64,000 nucleotides of DNA from an uncultured delta proteobacterium (GTDB taxonomy: Bacteria; Desulfobacterota; Binatia; UBA9968). The stretch is from positions 512,001 through 576,000 of the forward strand of contig CAVUZH010000003.1 in the NCBI GenBank assembly GCA_963745835.1, given 5' to 3'. Each line of letters begins with the position of its first letter. Position 1 is the stretch's first letter. Shown here in pieces: positions 30,006-40,098 of the stretch. The notes under the pieces are model-generated. The model saw only the letters and a list, made by a program, of their open reading frames with translations, did no database searches and was not told the origin of the DNA. The translations under genes and the position numbers were made by a program.

Positions 30006-30773
30006 TTAGGGCTTGATTAGAAAATCGGTCAGAATCTCAAGAAATTCATCCGTCGCGTCGGCGTGAAGCCAGTGCCCGGCGCGAGCGATTGTCACCAGTT
30101 CAGCCCGCGTGAATATCGCTTTGATGGATGGCAGGTCGATATCTGCAATGTACTCCGATCGCCCGCCGCGCATAAAAAGAGCCGGTTTATCATAGCAAGC
30201 TGCGGCGATGATCGGCTTGGTCAGGTGATCATAGCTTTTGGCGATCGAACCAAGATCGATCCGCCATTGAAAACCGCCGGACGACACTCGGGTAATATTT
30301 TTCATCAAAAACTGCCTGAGCGGGAGTTCGGGAATGGCAGGCGCGAGGGCCGCATCGATTTCGCCGAAACTTTGAAAGTTTTGCAGCTCCAGCTGTTCGA
30401 GCGCCGCCAGTATGGCGCGCTGCGACGGTGGGTAGGCTTTGGGCGCGATATCAACGATTACCAACTTGCTCACCCGGTGCGGGTGACTGGTGGCAAACTG
30501 CATGGCGACCTTGCCGCCCAGCGAGTGACCGACAACGTGGCATTCCGAGATCTTTTCACGCTCCATGAGTTCGCGCAAATCGTCGGCCATGGCCGGGTAC
30601 GTCATTATTTCGCTGTGCGGCGACCGTCCATGATTGCGGAGGTCTAGGGTATAGATTTTATAGTTTGGACTAAGCCGTGTGCTGATCGCGCGCCAGTTAT
30701 CCGACGAGCCGAGGAGACCGTGAAGAATTATGACAGGGAAACCTGATCCTTCGATGCGGCAGTGAAGTTTCAT
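30006..30773 (-). CDS. ybfF: Alpha/beta hydrolase, YbfF-like esterase
   Basis: HGLLGSSDNW, DLRNHGRSPH, GHSLGGK nucleophile elbow, DIAPKAY, AGHWLHAD. Confidence 0.8.
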   Translation of the reverse strand: MKLHCRIEGSGFPVIILHGLLGSSDNWRAISTRLSPNYKIYTLDLRNHGRSPHSEIMTYPAMADDLRELMEREKISECHVVGHSLGGKVAMQFATSHPHRVSKLVIVDIAPKAYPPSQRAILAALEQLELQNFQSFGEIDAALAPAIPELPLRQFLMKNITRVSSGGFQWRIDLGSIAKSYDHLTKPIIAAACYDKPALFMRGGRSEYIADIDLPSIKAIFTRAELVTIARAGHWLHADATDEFLEILTDFLIKP

Positions 30774-31038
30774 GAGCCCAAAGTAAACTCTGACAAGATC
30801 GGCGTTTAAAAGAAAGCCGGAGATGAGCTGATGGTAGGCGGAAGGCCGGTTGCTCGCCTGCGAGGCGGTATCGATGCAACGATTTATGCGGCGATTAAAG
30901 CGCGCGATCTGACATTGTTCTCACGTATGTTGAACGCGCGAAGTTGGCTGCGCGGTTCGAGTTCCAGCGCTTAGCGCAAGAGATCTCCGATCGCCAGGTC
31001 TCATCGAGTATGATGCGACCCGTTTTGGTGATGACGTA

Positions 31039-33000
31039 TTAACGATTGCGCGAGGCGCCGTCCTGCCTGATAAACCCTGGCGGACGGCCGCTCCTAGAGC
31101 GAATCTCGTACCATCCCCGGCTCGCTGCCACTACGTTGACCTGAGTGCCCGGATCCAGACGAGTAATTAACGCCGAGTCCTCACTGGGCTCACTGTAAAC
31201 CGGCGTCGATCTGACGATCGTATGCGCTCCAAAAGTGCTCTGCGATCGAGCGGTCTTGACCGCCGGTTCTTTGGACGTGTTGCGCACAGCAGATTTGTCA
31301 TCGTCCGGTTTTGCTCTGATCCGCTCGTCGGGGCGCAAAGCCTCGACCTTAGGCGCACTGTCGGAAACGATTGCTGATCGGTTCTCATCTATGGATTGCT
31401 GCTTTTTCGGAAGCTCGACGGCTCGAGAACTGGCAGGTGTCGTTGTACCATCGGAGGCCACAGTGATCTCGGCGGATGTATCAAAGAAGAGCTGAACCAA
31501 AAGAATCAGAACCAATCCCAGGCCGATGCCTATACCTAGGGCGATATTCCCTGCCGGGCTCTTAGTACCGTCCGGTGGAACGGTGGTCGAAACGGCTTTG
31601 GCGGCGTTTGTGTCCGTTGTCCCGGAGATCCTATCGATGGCCGTTCGATCATGGCTTTCCTCGTAGCCGGGCTTGTTTTCTGTAGTCCCATTTTCAGAGA
31701 AATACTCGATCTCGTCATCGGCAAAGCGGGTATGATAGACGATGTTTTTCGCCCAACTGCGGTAACGCAGCATTTCATCATCGCGCCCGCGCTTTTGCGC
31801 CTCGTCCGCGCGCGCCAGGAAGATATCCCTAACCACTTCTCGTTCACGTTCGGAAAGATCGGTAAAGTCTTTGAGCGAGTCGATCTGTTCTCGGTAGGTA
31901 TCGCTGCCATTAAGTCGTATCCAGGCGAGCAGGTGGGACAATTGGGCGGTTCGCCTATCGGCTGATTGCCGCCGTTCGAGATCCATGCCGGCGAGCTTGC
32001 TTTGGTCCTGGATGGGCTCAACATAACCGATGGCAGTATGCAAAGTGGTGGTTTGTCCATAACTCTCGAGGCCATCCATACCGGAGAGCCCCGGGGAAGC
32101 TGCGCTTCGAAGAACTATCCCCGATTGCGCAGCTTGGCGGCTGCTGGAACGGTTCTCGAGTAACCTGAGCCCATCAAACTGCATTTGTGCCGGATCATCC
32201 GACATGTCGCTTTGCAAAGGTGAATCATCCATCTGCTCGCGGATAATCCCCCTAGCATGCTGCGAGGCCTCATTATTAGTAAGCCGCTCTTGGTAGCGAA
32301 TGATTTCCTGTTGCAGTTGGCGATTATTGAGCAGCGCCTTGTCGTATTTTTGTTCGAGGTCGAGCAACTGACGGTTGATCGTATCGAATGTCCGCAGCTT
32401 CTCCTGGCAATCGGCCAGCTCTCGCTCAAGTGCTTGGAGATTATTTTCGAACTCGCCGCGGGACTCGGCAAGGGACCGCTCGGCGGCGACAAGAGCTGAG
32501 GGTGCGCTGGCGTTCTCCAGTTCCTCGATTCTCGTCTTGCTTTGTTCGAGCTTTGCCGTGGTCGACTTCAACTCGCTCGCTATCGTGTCAAGCTGCTTAT
32601 CGAAGGCAGCTCTCTCTAAATGAGATTCCTCGTTCGCTTTCAATGTGGAATACAACTGCTCCCGGAGGGCTGCTGCTTCATAGTTGAGATTCTGGTTAGA
32701 GACTTCTAACTGGCGCTTCTCGGAGTCCAGTTGAGTGAACTCGCGCTCAGTCGAATCCAGTCTGCTGGATAGAGCCGAGAGTTGTTCCTGTAATTCTTTA
32801 TTGGCGTTTTCGAGTTTGTCTAATTTGTTTTGATAATCATCGGTAGCTGTGCCCATGTTCGGTCGGGAAAGTTTCGCGGCAAGAGTTGCCACTTCGCGGC
32901 GCTTCTTTCGCAATTCCTTTTCAGAGGCAACCAGAAAGGCGCCCAGTAGAGCTACGGTAGCGCCCGCGAGAACGAGCATCCAGGTAATCGTGCCATCCAT
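31039..33000 (-). CDS. Membrane-anchored coiled-coil protein with C-terminal SH3b-like domain
   Basis: N-terminal TM, ~240-aa heptad-rich region, second TM (IALGIGIGLGLVLILLVQLFF), C-terminal VYSEPSEDSALITRLDPGTQVNVVAASRGWYEIRS...GFI. Confidence 0.8.
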   Translation of the reverse strand: MDGTITWMLVLAGATVALLGAFLVASEKELRKKRREVATLAAKLSRPNMGTATDDYQNKLDKLENANKELQEQLSALSSRLDSTEREFTQLDSEKRQLEVSNQNLNYEAAALREQLYSTLKANEESHLERAAFDKQLDTIASELKSTTAKLEQSKTRIEELENASAPSALVAAERSLAESRGEFENNLQALERELADCQEKLRTFDTINRQLLDLEQKYDKALLNNRQLQQEIIRYQERLTNNEASQHARGIIREQMDDSPLQSDMSDDPAQMQFDGLRLLENRSSSRQAAQSGIVLRSAASPGLSGMDGLESYGQTTTLHTAIGYVEPIQDQSKLAGMDLERRQSADRRTAQLSHLLAWIRLNGSDTYREQIDSLKDFTDLSEREREVVRDIFLARADEAQKRGRDDEMLRYRSWAKNIVYHTRFADDEIEYFSENGTTENKPGYEESHDRTAIDRISGTTDTNAAKAVSTTVPPDGTKSPAGNIALGIGIGLGLVLILLVQLFFDTSAEITVASDGTTTPASSRAVELPKKQQSIDENRSAIVSDSAPKVEALRPDERIRAKPDDDKSAVRNTSKEPAVKTARSQSTFGAHTIVRSTPVYSEPSEDSALITRLDPGTQVNVVAASRGWYEIRSRSGRPPGFIRQDGASRNR

Positions 33001-33606
33001 TGTGGTCTCCCTATTTACATCTGATTTGAACCGGACGAGGCTAATGTTTAGCGCCGTGCAGATGCTTCGATCGTGCAAGCCATGCGCTGTTACCGTTCGA
33101 GGAGAGAAATTGGAGAATCATTCTATGTTTAGAGGTTCAGTTCAGTTTTGCTCGGAACGGCTGAACCAGGTTCGGCTGGCGCCAAAGTTCAGTCGCCCGG
33201 AGCCGATAACGCCAAATATGTGCCAATTCTCGTGATTGCTCCGCCAAGCTCCTAAAAGGGCTGATACTGCGCGTCTAATCGAGGGGGGAAGCCGGTCTTA
33301 TGCCGCTGCGATTGGCTGACCCATAAACAAAATCGTGAATCCTGGCGAAAATTGTAAACGGTGGACAGTCAAGCGCTGGTGGCGTTAAGGGATGCGAGAC
33401 ATATCGGCTCTCCGATAGAAAATATTGTCTGCGCGCGGAAAGCCGAGAGTGATTCTTTGCCACCCGCGCCTCTCGTGACTGGTGAGCGCGAAAATCGTCT
33501 CAGCCAATCAACAGCAAAGGGTGGTAATCGTGGCGGGAGTTTTCAGACTGAAAAGTAAAAGCTGTAAAAATTAGCGGGTATGAATCCTGCGGCGCCGTAG
33601 ACTGGT

Positions 33607-34008
33607 TCATTTGGCCGGCAGCGCCAGGCTGCGGATGTAAGCAACAAGATCTTCAATCTCTTTATCTTTAAAGATTCCTTGCCATGCCGGCATGAAAGAG
33701 GATAGACCCATCGCTTTACCGCCTTTGGCTATGACGTCGCGCAGAAAAGCATCCGTGCGTGAAGTCATTGCCGCGGGGTTGGTATGATCGGCCGGACGCA
33801 CCGGCAGCGATCGCGCGCCAACTCCATCGCCTTTGCCTGCCTCGCCGTGACAGGGAGCGCAGTTCTCACGATAGATCCGTTTACCCTGTTCCATATCAGC
33901 GTAGGCATTTGAGTAGCATAGAAGCAAAACGCCGGCGACGATCAGAATCCGCAGCGCGCCATTTTTTGCCTGGCTGAATCCAAAAAGCGTTGATTCGGTT
34001 GCAAACAT
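33607..34008 (-). CDS. Monohaem c-type cytochrome
   Basis: Signal ending AYA; GKRIYRENCAPCHG, distal MPAW; start uncertain. Confidence 0.9.
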   Translation of the reverse strand: MFATESTLFGFSQAKNGALRILIVAGVLLLCYSNAYADMEQGKRIYRENCAPCHGEAGKGDGVGARSLPVRPADHTNPAAMTSRTDAFLRDVIAKGGKAMGLSSFMPAWQGIFKDKEIEDLVAYIRSLALPAK

Positions 34009-34060
34009 GTTTCACCCAATGCTACATCGCGATGATCAGATTTGTGGAAAGGCCCCGTCG

Positions 34061-34567
34061 ATGAATTGGATATCTACTCTTTTGATGATCCTTGCAACAT
34101 CTTTCCTTATATCGCCGACCTCGCCGGTCCGCGCTGAGACAGAACCGGAAAGGATCGCCCGCGGTCGCTACATCGCCACTGCGATCCAAGGCTGCGGCTG
34201 CCACACACGTGAAAGACCCGATGGCAGTAAGGATGAAAATTGGCACTACGCTGGTTCGCCGAATCCCGCGCCGCCTGCCGGTCCGCCGGCAAACGCCGGG
34301 TGGTCGTCGCCGCGCTGGAAGAAAATCTACGCGAGGAATATCACGCCCGACCGGGAAACCGGTATCGGCAACTGGACTGAAGCGGATTTCATACGATCGA
34401 TGAAGACCGGTCTCACCCCGGATGGCCGAGTGCTAGATGCTCAGATGCCTTGGGATGCCTTTCAAAAAATCACCGACCGCGATCTAAAATCGTTGTGGGC
34501 GTATCTCAGAACGATCAAGCCGATCAAGAATACGCCGCCCGAAAGAATCCCCGCCGAACAGAAATAA
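34061..34567 (+). CDS. c-type cytochrome with contracted CxCH motif
   Basis: RGRYIATAIQGCGCHT (TGC GGC TGC CAC), YARNITPDRETGIGNWT, MPW; signal peptide ending VRA. Confidence 0.8.
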   Translation: MNWISTLLMILATSFLISPTSPVRAETEPERIARGRYIATAIQGCGCHTRERPDGSKDENWHYAGSPNPAPPAGPPANAGWSSPRWKKIYARNITPDRETGIGNWTEADFIRSMKTGLTPDGRVLDAQMPWDAFQKITDRDLKSLWAYLRTIKPIKNTPPERIPAEQK

Positions 34568-34579
34568 CCGGAGTAAACT

Positions 34580-35116
34580 ATGAAATCGCGGCGTCTAACC
34601 TTTCTCGCTTGCGGCGCATTGACCTTCATCGGCGCGGCGTGCGCGCTTAACTCGTCACGGGAAACGATACCTGCCGATTGGGAGCAAGCAAGTTACATCG
34701 ATCGAGGTAACTATCTGGTGAATCATCTCGGGCACTGTGTCGGCTGTCACACGCCGTTGGCGCCCAATGGCGAATCGGACATGAAATTTTATCTTTCCGG
34801 CGTGCCGGCAAAGTATGCCGGCACGACAGTAGGGCGCAGTCAGGTGGCCGGTTTTCCCGGACCGCGGGGCGCGCGTTTCTACGCCAAGAATCTGACTCCG
34901 GACCCCGAGACCGGACTCGGCCGCTGGAGCGAAGAGCAGTTCGTGCAAACATTCAAGAACGGCGTCAGTCCCGACGGCACCAAGTATGCGATCTCGCCGA
35001 TGGAGTGGAACATCTATGCCAATATGAAGGAAGAAGATGTTCGCGCCATCTACCGCTATCTTCGAACCATCAAAGCAATACCCAATAAAGTGCCGGCGAA
35101 CATCCCGCCGAAATAG
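34580..35116 (+). CDS. c-type cytochrome, probable lipoprotein
   Basis: RGNYLVNHLGHCVGCHTP, YAKNLTPDPETGLGRWS, PMEW; IGAAC lipobox-like. Confidence 0.88.
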   Translation: MKSRRLTFLACGALTFIGAACALNSSRETIPADWEQASYIDRGNYLVNHLGHCVGCHTPLAPNGESDMKFYLSGVPAKYAGTTVGRSQVAGFPGPRGARFYAKNLTPDPETGLGRWSEEQFVQTFKNGVSPDGTKYAISPMEWNIYANMKEEDVRAIYRYLRTIKAIPNKVPANIPPK

Positions 35117-35230
35117 CACGCAGCTGGACGAGCATTGATTTTGTCGTTTTGCCGATGAGTGACAGCTTGTTGCGGCGGGGATTGCAACTGCAAATAGTCG
35201 CGGTGATATTATCACGACGGAATCACCCCA

Positions 35231-36277
35231 TCACAATCGAATGCCATTCTTCATCTTTGCGAGAGGCAGACTCGGGATTCTAAACCTGCGTCTGTAAGCG
35301 CCGGCGGTAACGCCTGTGAGACGCTTGAATAGGCGGCGAAAAAACGTCGGGTCTTCGTAGCCGACTTGCCAGCCAATTTCATCGATGGGCGCGGTTGTTC
35401 TTTCCAACCGCCGTTTTGCTTCATCCACACGCAGGCGCTGCACATACTCAATGGGCGTGTGCCCCGTTGCGTTCTTGAAGCGCCGTTTGAAGGTGCGCTC
35501 CGCGATGCCGGACTGGCGCACCGCTTGCTCGATGGGGCTTGGCACCGAGAAATGCTTGTTGAGCCATTTCTGAGTCTCTTGAACTACCGCATCGCCATGA
35601 TCCATCGCCGGTTCAAACATGACATAGGGAGACAAGCCGTCGGCATGCCATTGAAATGCGAAAAACTTGGCGATGGCTTGCGCGGCTGTGGGACCTGCAT
35701 GCTGGGAGATCAAGTAGAGAATTAAATCGTGCCATGCCGTGGACGCGCCGGACATGATGAATTGATTATTTTCGCCGATCGCAATCAAGGCCTTCTCTAC
35801 GCGCAAACGAACACCGGGAAAGTTCTTCTGAAAAGTCGGCGCGTAAATCCAGTGAATGGTTGCTTCTTTGCCCTCCAATAAACCGGTTTCCGCCAACAGT
35901 AGTACGCCGGAACACGTCGAACACAACTGCGCGCCTTTGGCATGCATCCCGTTTAGCCAACGAACGATGCTCGGATATCTGCCTTTAAGCCACTCGCCCC
36001 GCGCAACGATGACCGACGGTACAATGATCACGTCGGTGAAATCGATGTCATCGATGGATCGGCCCGCCGGGATCGGCATACCGCCGGAAGTGTGCGTCAG
36101 GCCGGAACTGGGCGCGACGATTTCCACGGTGAATGGCGGGTCGCTCGGTAAAGCATCATTGTAAGTGGAAAGCAGAGCGAACGAATTCAACACGTCGTGG
36201 AGTCCGATTAGCGTCGAGGCCATGACCTCGGGAATAGCCAAGAGACTGACGTTAATCGATTTTTTTCCACCCTTCAT
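35231..36277 (-). CDS. GlxA-family regulator (DJ-1/PfpI + AraC HTH)
   Basis: CSTCSGVLLLAETGLLEGKEATIHW; ERTFKRRFKNATG...VGYEDPTFFRRLFKR. Confidence 0.92.
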   Translation of the reverse strand: MKGGKKSINVSLLAIPEVMASTLIGLHDVLNSFALLSTYNDALPSDPPFTVEIVAPSSGLTHTSGGMPIPAGRSIDDIDFTDVIIVPSVIVARGEWLKGRYPSIVRWLNGMHAKGAQLCSTCSGVLLLAETGLLEGKEATIHWIYAPTFQKNFPGVRLRVEKALIAIGENNQFIMSGASTAWHDLILYLISQHAGPTAAQAIAKFFAFQWHADGLSPYVMFEPAMDHGDAVVQETQKWLNKHFSVPSPIEQAVRQSGIAERTFKRRFKNATGHTPIEYVQRLRVDEAKRRLERTTAPIDEIGWQVGYEDPTFFRRLFKRLTGVTAGAYRRRFRIPSLPLAKMKNGIRL

Positions 36278-36394
36278 TTTTTATTCCCTCTGGCACGAAC
36301 GAACCTGTTTTGACCGTTTTCGCTCTTCTACAGACAGGCTCGAGAGATTATTTTGACTGGCGTGAAAGCAAATCTACCTTAGGAGGATAGAACG

Positions 36395-37450
36395 ATGAAG
36401 GTCAACGAGCAAAAGCTAAATGAGCTCGTGGAAAAAGCGATCAGTGATCTGGCGGCGGGTTATGGCGGAGTGATGGTGGCTTTGGGAGACAAACTCGGCT
36501 TGTACAGGGCAATGGCGGGACAGGGTCCCTTAAGCTCCACGGAGGTCGCCAAACTAGCTGGTTGCGCTGAGCGGTACGTGCGCGAATGGCTCAACAGCCA
36601 GGCAGCCGCGGGTTATGTCGTTTACCACTCGTCCAGCGAGAGTTACGAGCTCACAGCCGAGCAGGCGATGGTGCTCGCTAACGAGGACAGCCCGCTTTTC
36701 CTGCCGCCCGCCTGGGAAGTGCCGGCGTCCATGTGGTTCGATGAAGAGAAAACAATCGAGGCGTTCCGCACCGGGAGAGGCATCGGCTGGGACGAGCACA
36801 ACCCGCGACTGTACCGAGGTGTCGCCGCTTTTTACCGAAACGCATACCAAGGCCAATTAGTTTCAGATTGGCTACCCGCTCTGGAAAACGGCACGGAGAA
36901 ATTAAATGCCAGGGCTAAGATCGCCGACGTTGGCTGCGGCTACGGACACTCGACGATCATCATGGCCGAAGCGTTTCCCGGATCTCGATTTTGGGGCTTC
37001 GACATTCACCCGGATTCGATCGAGGCTGCCCGAAGGAATGCTAAAACGCGCGGTGTCGGCGATCGTGTTACCTTCGAGGTTGCGGATGCCAAGAACTATC
37101 CCGCGCAAGGGTTCGATTTGATCTGTTTCTTCGATTGTTTGCACGATATGGGAGATCCGGTGGGCGCGGCGCGCCACGCGCGCGAAGCGTTGTCGCCAAA
37201 CGGGTCGATCATGCTCGTCGAACCGTACGCCAACGACCGGGTCGAAGATAATCTAAATCCCATCGGACGCCTTTACTATTCCGCGTCCACGACGCTCTGC
37301 TGCGCGCATTCGTTATCCGAAGAAGGGATAGCGCTCGGAGCCCAAGCAGGCGAGAAGAAGTTAGCAAGGATTTTAAAAGAAGCCGGATTCCGGACTATCC
37401 GGGCGGCCAAGAAAACGCCGTTTAACCTGATTCTCGAAGCTCAACCTTAG
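36395..37450 (+). CDS. Class I SAM-dependent methyltransferase with N-terminal winged helix (Rv2258c-like)
   Basis: GDKLGLY, ERYVREWL, ADVGCGYG, FFDCLHDMGDP; AGGAGG RBS; divergent from the GlxA regulator. Confidence 0.9.
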   Translation: MKVNEQKLNELVEKAISDLAAGYGGVMVALGDKLGLYRAMAGQGPLSSTEVAKLAGCAERYVREWLNSQAAAGYVVYHSSSESYELTAEQAMVLANEDSPLFLPPAWEVPASMWFDEEKTIEAFRTGRGIGWDEHNPRLYRGVAAFYRNAYQGQLVSDWLPALENGTEKLNARAKIADVGCGYGHSTIIMAEAFPGSRFWGFDIHPDSIEAARRNAKTRGVGDRVTFEVADAKNYPAQGFDLICFFDCLHDMGDPVGAARHAREALSPNGSIMLVEPYANDRVEDNLNPIGRLYYSASTTLCCAHSLSEEGIALGAQAGEKKLARILKEAGFRTIRAAKKTPFNLILEAQP

Positions 37451-37527
37451 AGTAGGCGATCCAGAGGATTAGCGATCCTGGAGGTAGCGCGGGCTTGCCG
37501 CGCTACCTCCTCTCGTTACATATAAAC

Positions 37528-37733
37528 CAGGTGCCCGGCTTCCCGGCCCGCGTGGCCCACGGTTCTAATCCCAATCTGACCCGGACGGGAAGACGGGACT
37601 TGGTCCTTGGACGGAAAAGCAATCTCTCAAGACTTTCATGCAGGGCGTCAGTCGGGACGATACCAACTACCCAACTTCCAGTGGAACATCTATGCGGAAT
37701 ATGAAGTAAGAGGTTCTTCGGGCCATGTATCGA
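37528..37733 (+). pseudogene. Decayed fragment homologous to the 3' half of cytochrome gene 34580-35116
   Basis: DNA similarity with 34841-35056, e.g. CAGGTGCCCGGCTTCCCGG, AATCTGAC, GGCGTCAGTC, GTGGAACATCTATGC, AATATGAAG; frameshifts and a stop. Confidence 0.75.
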
Positions 37734-37757
37734 CAGGCATCAAAAATGTATCAGCTT

Positions 37758-37876
37758 AAGCCGTGGCTCATAGGACCGATTTTCGAACCTCTGAAAACAC
37801 TACTTCAAGCAGTTTTTTATTGACGGTCTGACAATCGCGTGGTCTAACGGTGCTGATGTGCGCCTGAAAACTATAC
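37758..37876 (+). pseudogene. DUF2442-type antitoxin relic
   Basis: KPWLIGPIFEPLK / YFKQFFIDGLTIAWSNGADV / PE.LY across frameshifts. Confidence 0.65.
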
Positions 37877-37970
37877 GGCGCAGTTGTGGTCAACACAGAC
37901 TCCGGCCAGAAAACCAGGCGTGTTATCTAAGAAAGCCAAAACTGGCGAACTAACTCTAGCGACCGAAGGC

Positions 37971-38981
37971 ATGAATATGGTTAAAGCCTGTACCATCGGA
38001 ATAGCTCTGGCTCTGCGGTTATTCCTCGTTGACGAGGCCCGGGGGCAAGCGATCGATATCGCCGCGGCAAAGAAGGAGGGCAGGGTGGTCGTCTACGGCA
38101 GTGTGGTGCCGCAGGCGATGGAAGAGCTGCACAAAAATTTTGAATTAAAGCACGGTATCCGAGTCGATTACTGGCGCGGGTCCTCGACCGCGGTAGCCGA
38201 GCGCGCCCAAAGCGAGTGGCGCGCCGGCCGCCCCGCATTTGACGTGGTGGAGTCGAGTTGGGATGTCATGGCTTTGATGAAAAAGGAAGGGATTTTTGCA
38301 CCTTATGTTCCGCCGTCTTCACAAAGCTTTGCCGACCAGTTCAAGGAAAAAGACGCGCTGATCACGCCGTGGCGTATCTTGCCGATCAGTATTCTTTACA
38401 ACACCGAATTGGTCAAAGCCGCGGAGGCTCCCAAGAGTTTAGAAGATCTCCTGAGCTCTAAATGGAAGGGAAAAATCAGCATGCCTGATCCCTCGCGGCA
38501 CACGACGACGGCAAAGTTTTTCTGGAATCTCGAAAAGCTGATGGGGGCAAAATGGCGCGAGTATGTGAAAGGGTTGGCGAAGCAACAGCCGCTTCTGCTG
38601 GAATCCCTGGCGCCGGTAACTCCGGCCATCATAAAAGGAGAAGCGCAGGTGGGAATCGCCTACATAAAATTCGTCAAGCAATACAAAGGTCCGGTTTCTT
38701 ATGTCTCGCTTGATAAATATCTCTCCGACCCCAATCACCTGGCGCTTGGAGCCAAAGCGGCGCGCTCAAACGCCGGCCGATTATACATCGAGTACGCAGT
38801 CTCCGCCGAAGGGCAGAGAATGATCGCACAAGACGGCGAATTCGTTCTAGCGCCCGGTGTCTACCCGCCCATCCAAGGCGCTGAGAAGGTAACTCCGAAC
38901 ATGATACCCATGGACAACCCGACGGAGCAGGAAGCAAAGAATTTAAGTAGCGAGTTTCGCCAGATCTTCTTTGCCCAATGA
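37971..38981 (+). CDS. Extracellular solute-binding protein (AfuA-like)
   Basis: AAKKEGRVVVYGS, LYNTELVKAAEAPKSLEDLLSSKWKGK. Confidence 0.88.
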   Translation: MNMVKACTIGIALALRLFLVDEARGQAIDIAAAKKEGRVVVYGSVVPQAMEELHKNFELKHGIRVDYWRGSSTAVAERAQSEWRAGRPAFDVVESSWDVMALMKKEGIFAPYVPPSSQSFADQFKEKDALITPWRILPISILYNTELVKAAEAPKSLEDLLSSKWKGKISMPDPSRHTTTAKFFWNLEKLMGAKWREYVKGLAKQQPLLLESLAPVTPAIIKGEAQVGIAYIKFVKQYKGPVSYVSLDKYLSDPNHLALGAKAARSNAGRLYIEYAVSAEGQRMIAQDGEFVLAPGVYPPIQGAEKVTPNMIPMDNPTEQEAKNLSSEFRQIFFAQ

Positions 38982-39062
38982 ATCACTGGCGGCGCATCGA
39001 AGTGAACAGCACAATCGTGATTCAGTTGCATCCTCTAGAAACAACGAAAGGAAGATAAAACG

Positions 39063-40022
39063 ATGGAAGAGACGATCGTTTACCTCAACGGGGCATTCGT
39101 ACCGGAAAGCCAGGCAAAAGTTTCCGTGCTGGACAGTGGGTTTAACGCCGGTGACGGAGTGTATGATGTAACACGCACATTCCGCCATAAACCGTTCCGG
39201 CTGCGGGAGCATACCGAGCGGCTGTTTCGCTCGCTTCAATATACCCGGATCGATTGCGGCATGTCGCTGGAAGATATGGAGAAGACGACGTTGGAGGTTT
39301 TGGAGCGCAACAAGAAGCTCTTACGCGATAACGAAGACTGCGCCCTCTGGCAAGTAGTGAGCCGCGGCGTTCGCTCCATGCGAGGCAATCGAGTGAGCGG
39401 CCGCGCCACCGTGACTGTCTATCCTGTGATTGTCAATTTTCCCGAGTTTGCGAGTTTTTATGTCGAAGGCGCGCCGCTGGTCATTCCTGCGACCAGACGC
39501 ATACCGCCACAGTGCCTCGAGTCCAAAGCGAAGATCACCAACAAGATGAATCACAACATGGCGGCGTTCGAGGCCAAGCAGGCCGATCCCAGGGCGATTC
39601 CGTTGATGCTCGACATTGATGGCAACCTTAGCGAGACCAGCGCGCACAATTGTTTCCTAGTCATCGACGGCAAGCTCTGCACGCCCTCGGACAGGAACGT
39701 TCTAGGCGGCATTACCAAAGCGGCGATCTTCGAGCTTGCCAAACAGTTGGGCGTGGAAGTCGTCGAGGGAAACTATACGCCATTCGATCTGTACACCGCC
39801 GAAGAGGCTTTTCTAGCTAGCACCAGCCCGACATTCGTTCCAATCAAGACGGTCAACGGTCTTCAAATCGGCAAGGGTGCACCGGGACCGATAACGCTGC
39901 GCTTAATCGGTGCCTGGAACCAAATGGTCGGAATAGACATCGTCGATCAGGCCTTGAGCCACCTCGACAATGCGGAGCGTGACCGTCTGATGACTCTCTG
40001 GCAAAGCAGGAAGGCCGCCTAG
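39063..40022 (+). CDS. Class IV PLP aminotransferase (branched-chain/D-amino acid type)
   Basis: VYLNGAFV, VSVLDSGF, GDGVYDVTR, catalytic AKITN, LSETSAHN, VLGGIT, EEAFLAST. Confidence 0.9.
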   Translation: MEETIVYLNGAFVPESQAKVSVLDSGFNAGDGVYDVTRTFRHKPFRLREHTERLFRSLQYTRIDCGMSLEDMEKTTLEVLERNKKLLRDNEDCALWQVVSRGVRSMRGNRVSGRATVTVYPVIVNFPEFASFYVEGAPLVIPATRRIPPQCLESKAKITNKMNHNMAAFEAKQADPRAIPLMLDIDGNLSETSAHNCFLVIDGKLCTPSDRNVLGGITKAAIFELAKQLGVEVVEGNYTPFDLYTAEEAFLASTSPTFVPIKTVNGLQIGKGAPGPITLRLIGAWNQMVGIDIVDQALSHLDNAERDRLMTLWQSRKAA

Positions 40023-40098
40023 CTTCGAAGGCCGCCCAGCATGATCATCAGGTAACCTGGTCATCTAAAATTCGTAAGAATTCGGTGAGCGTTTAGAA

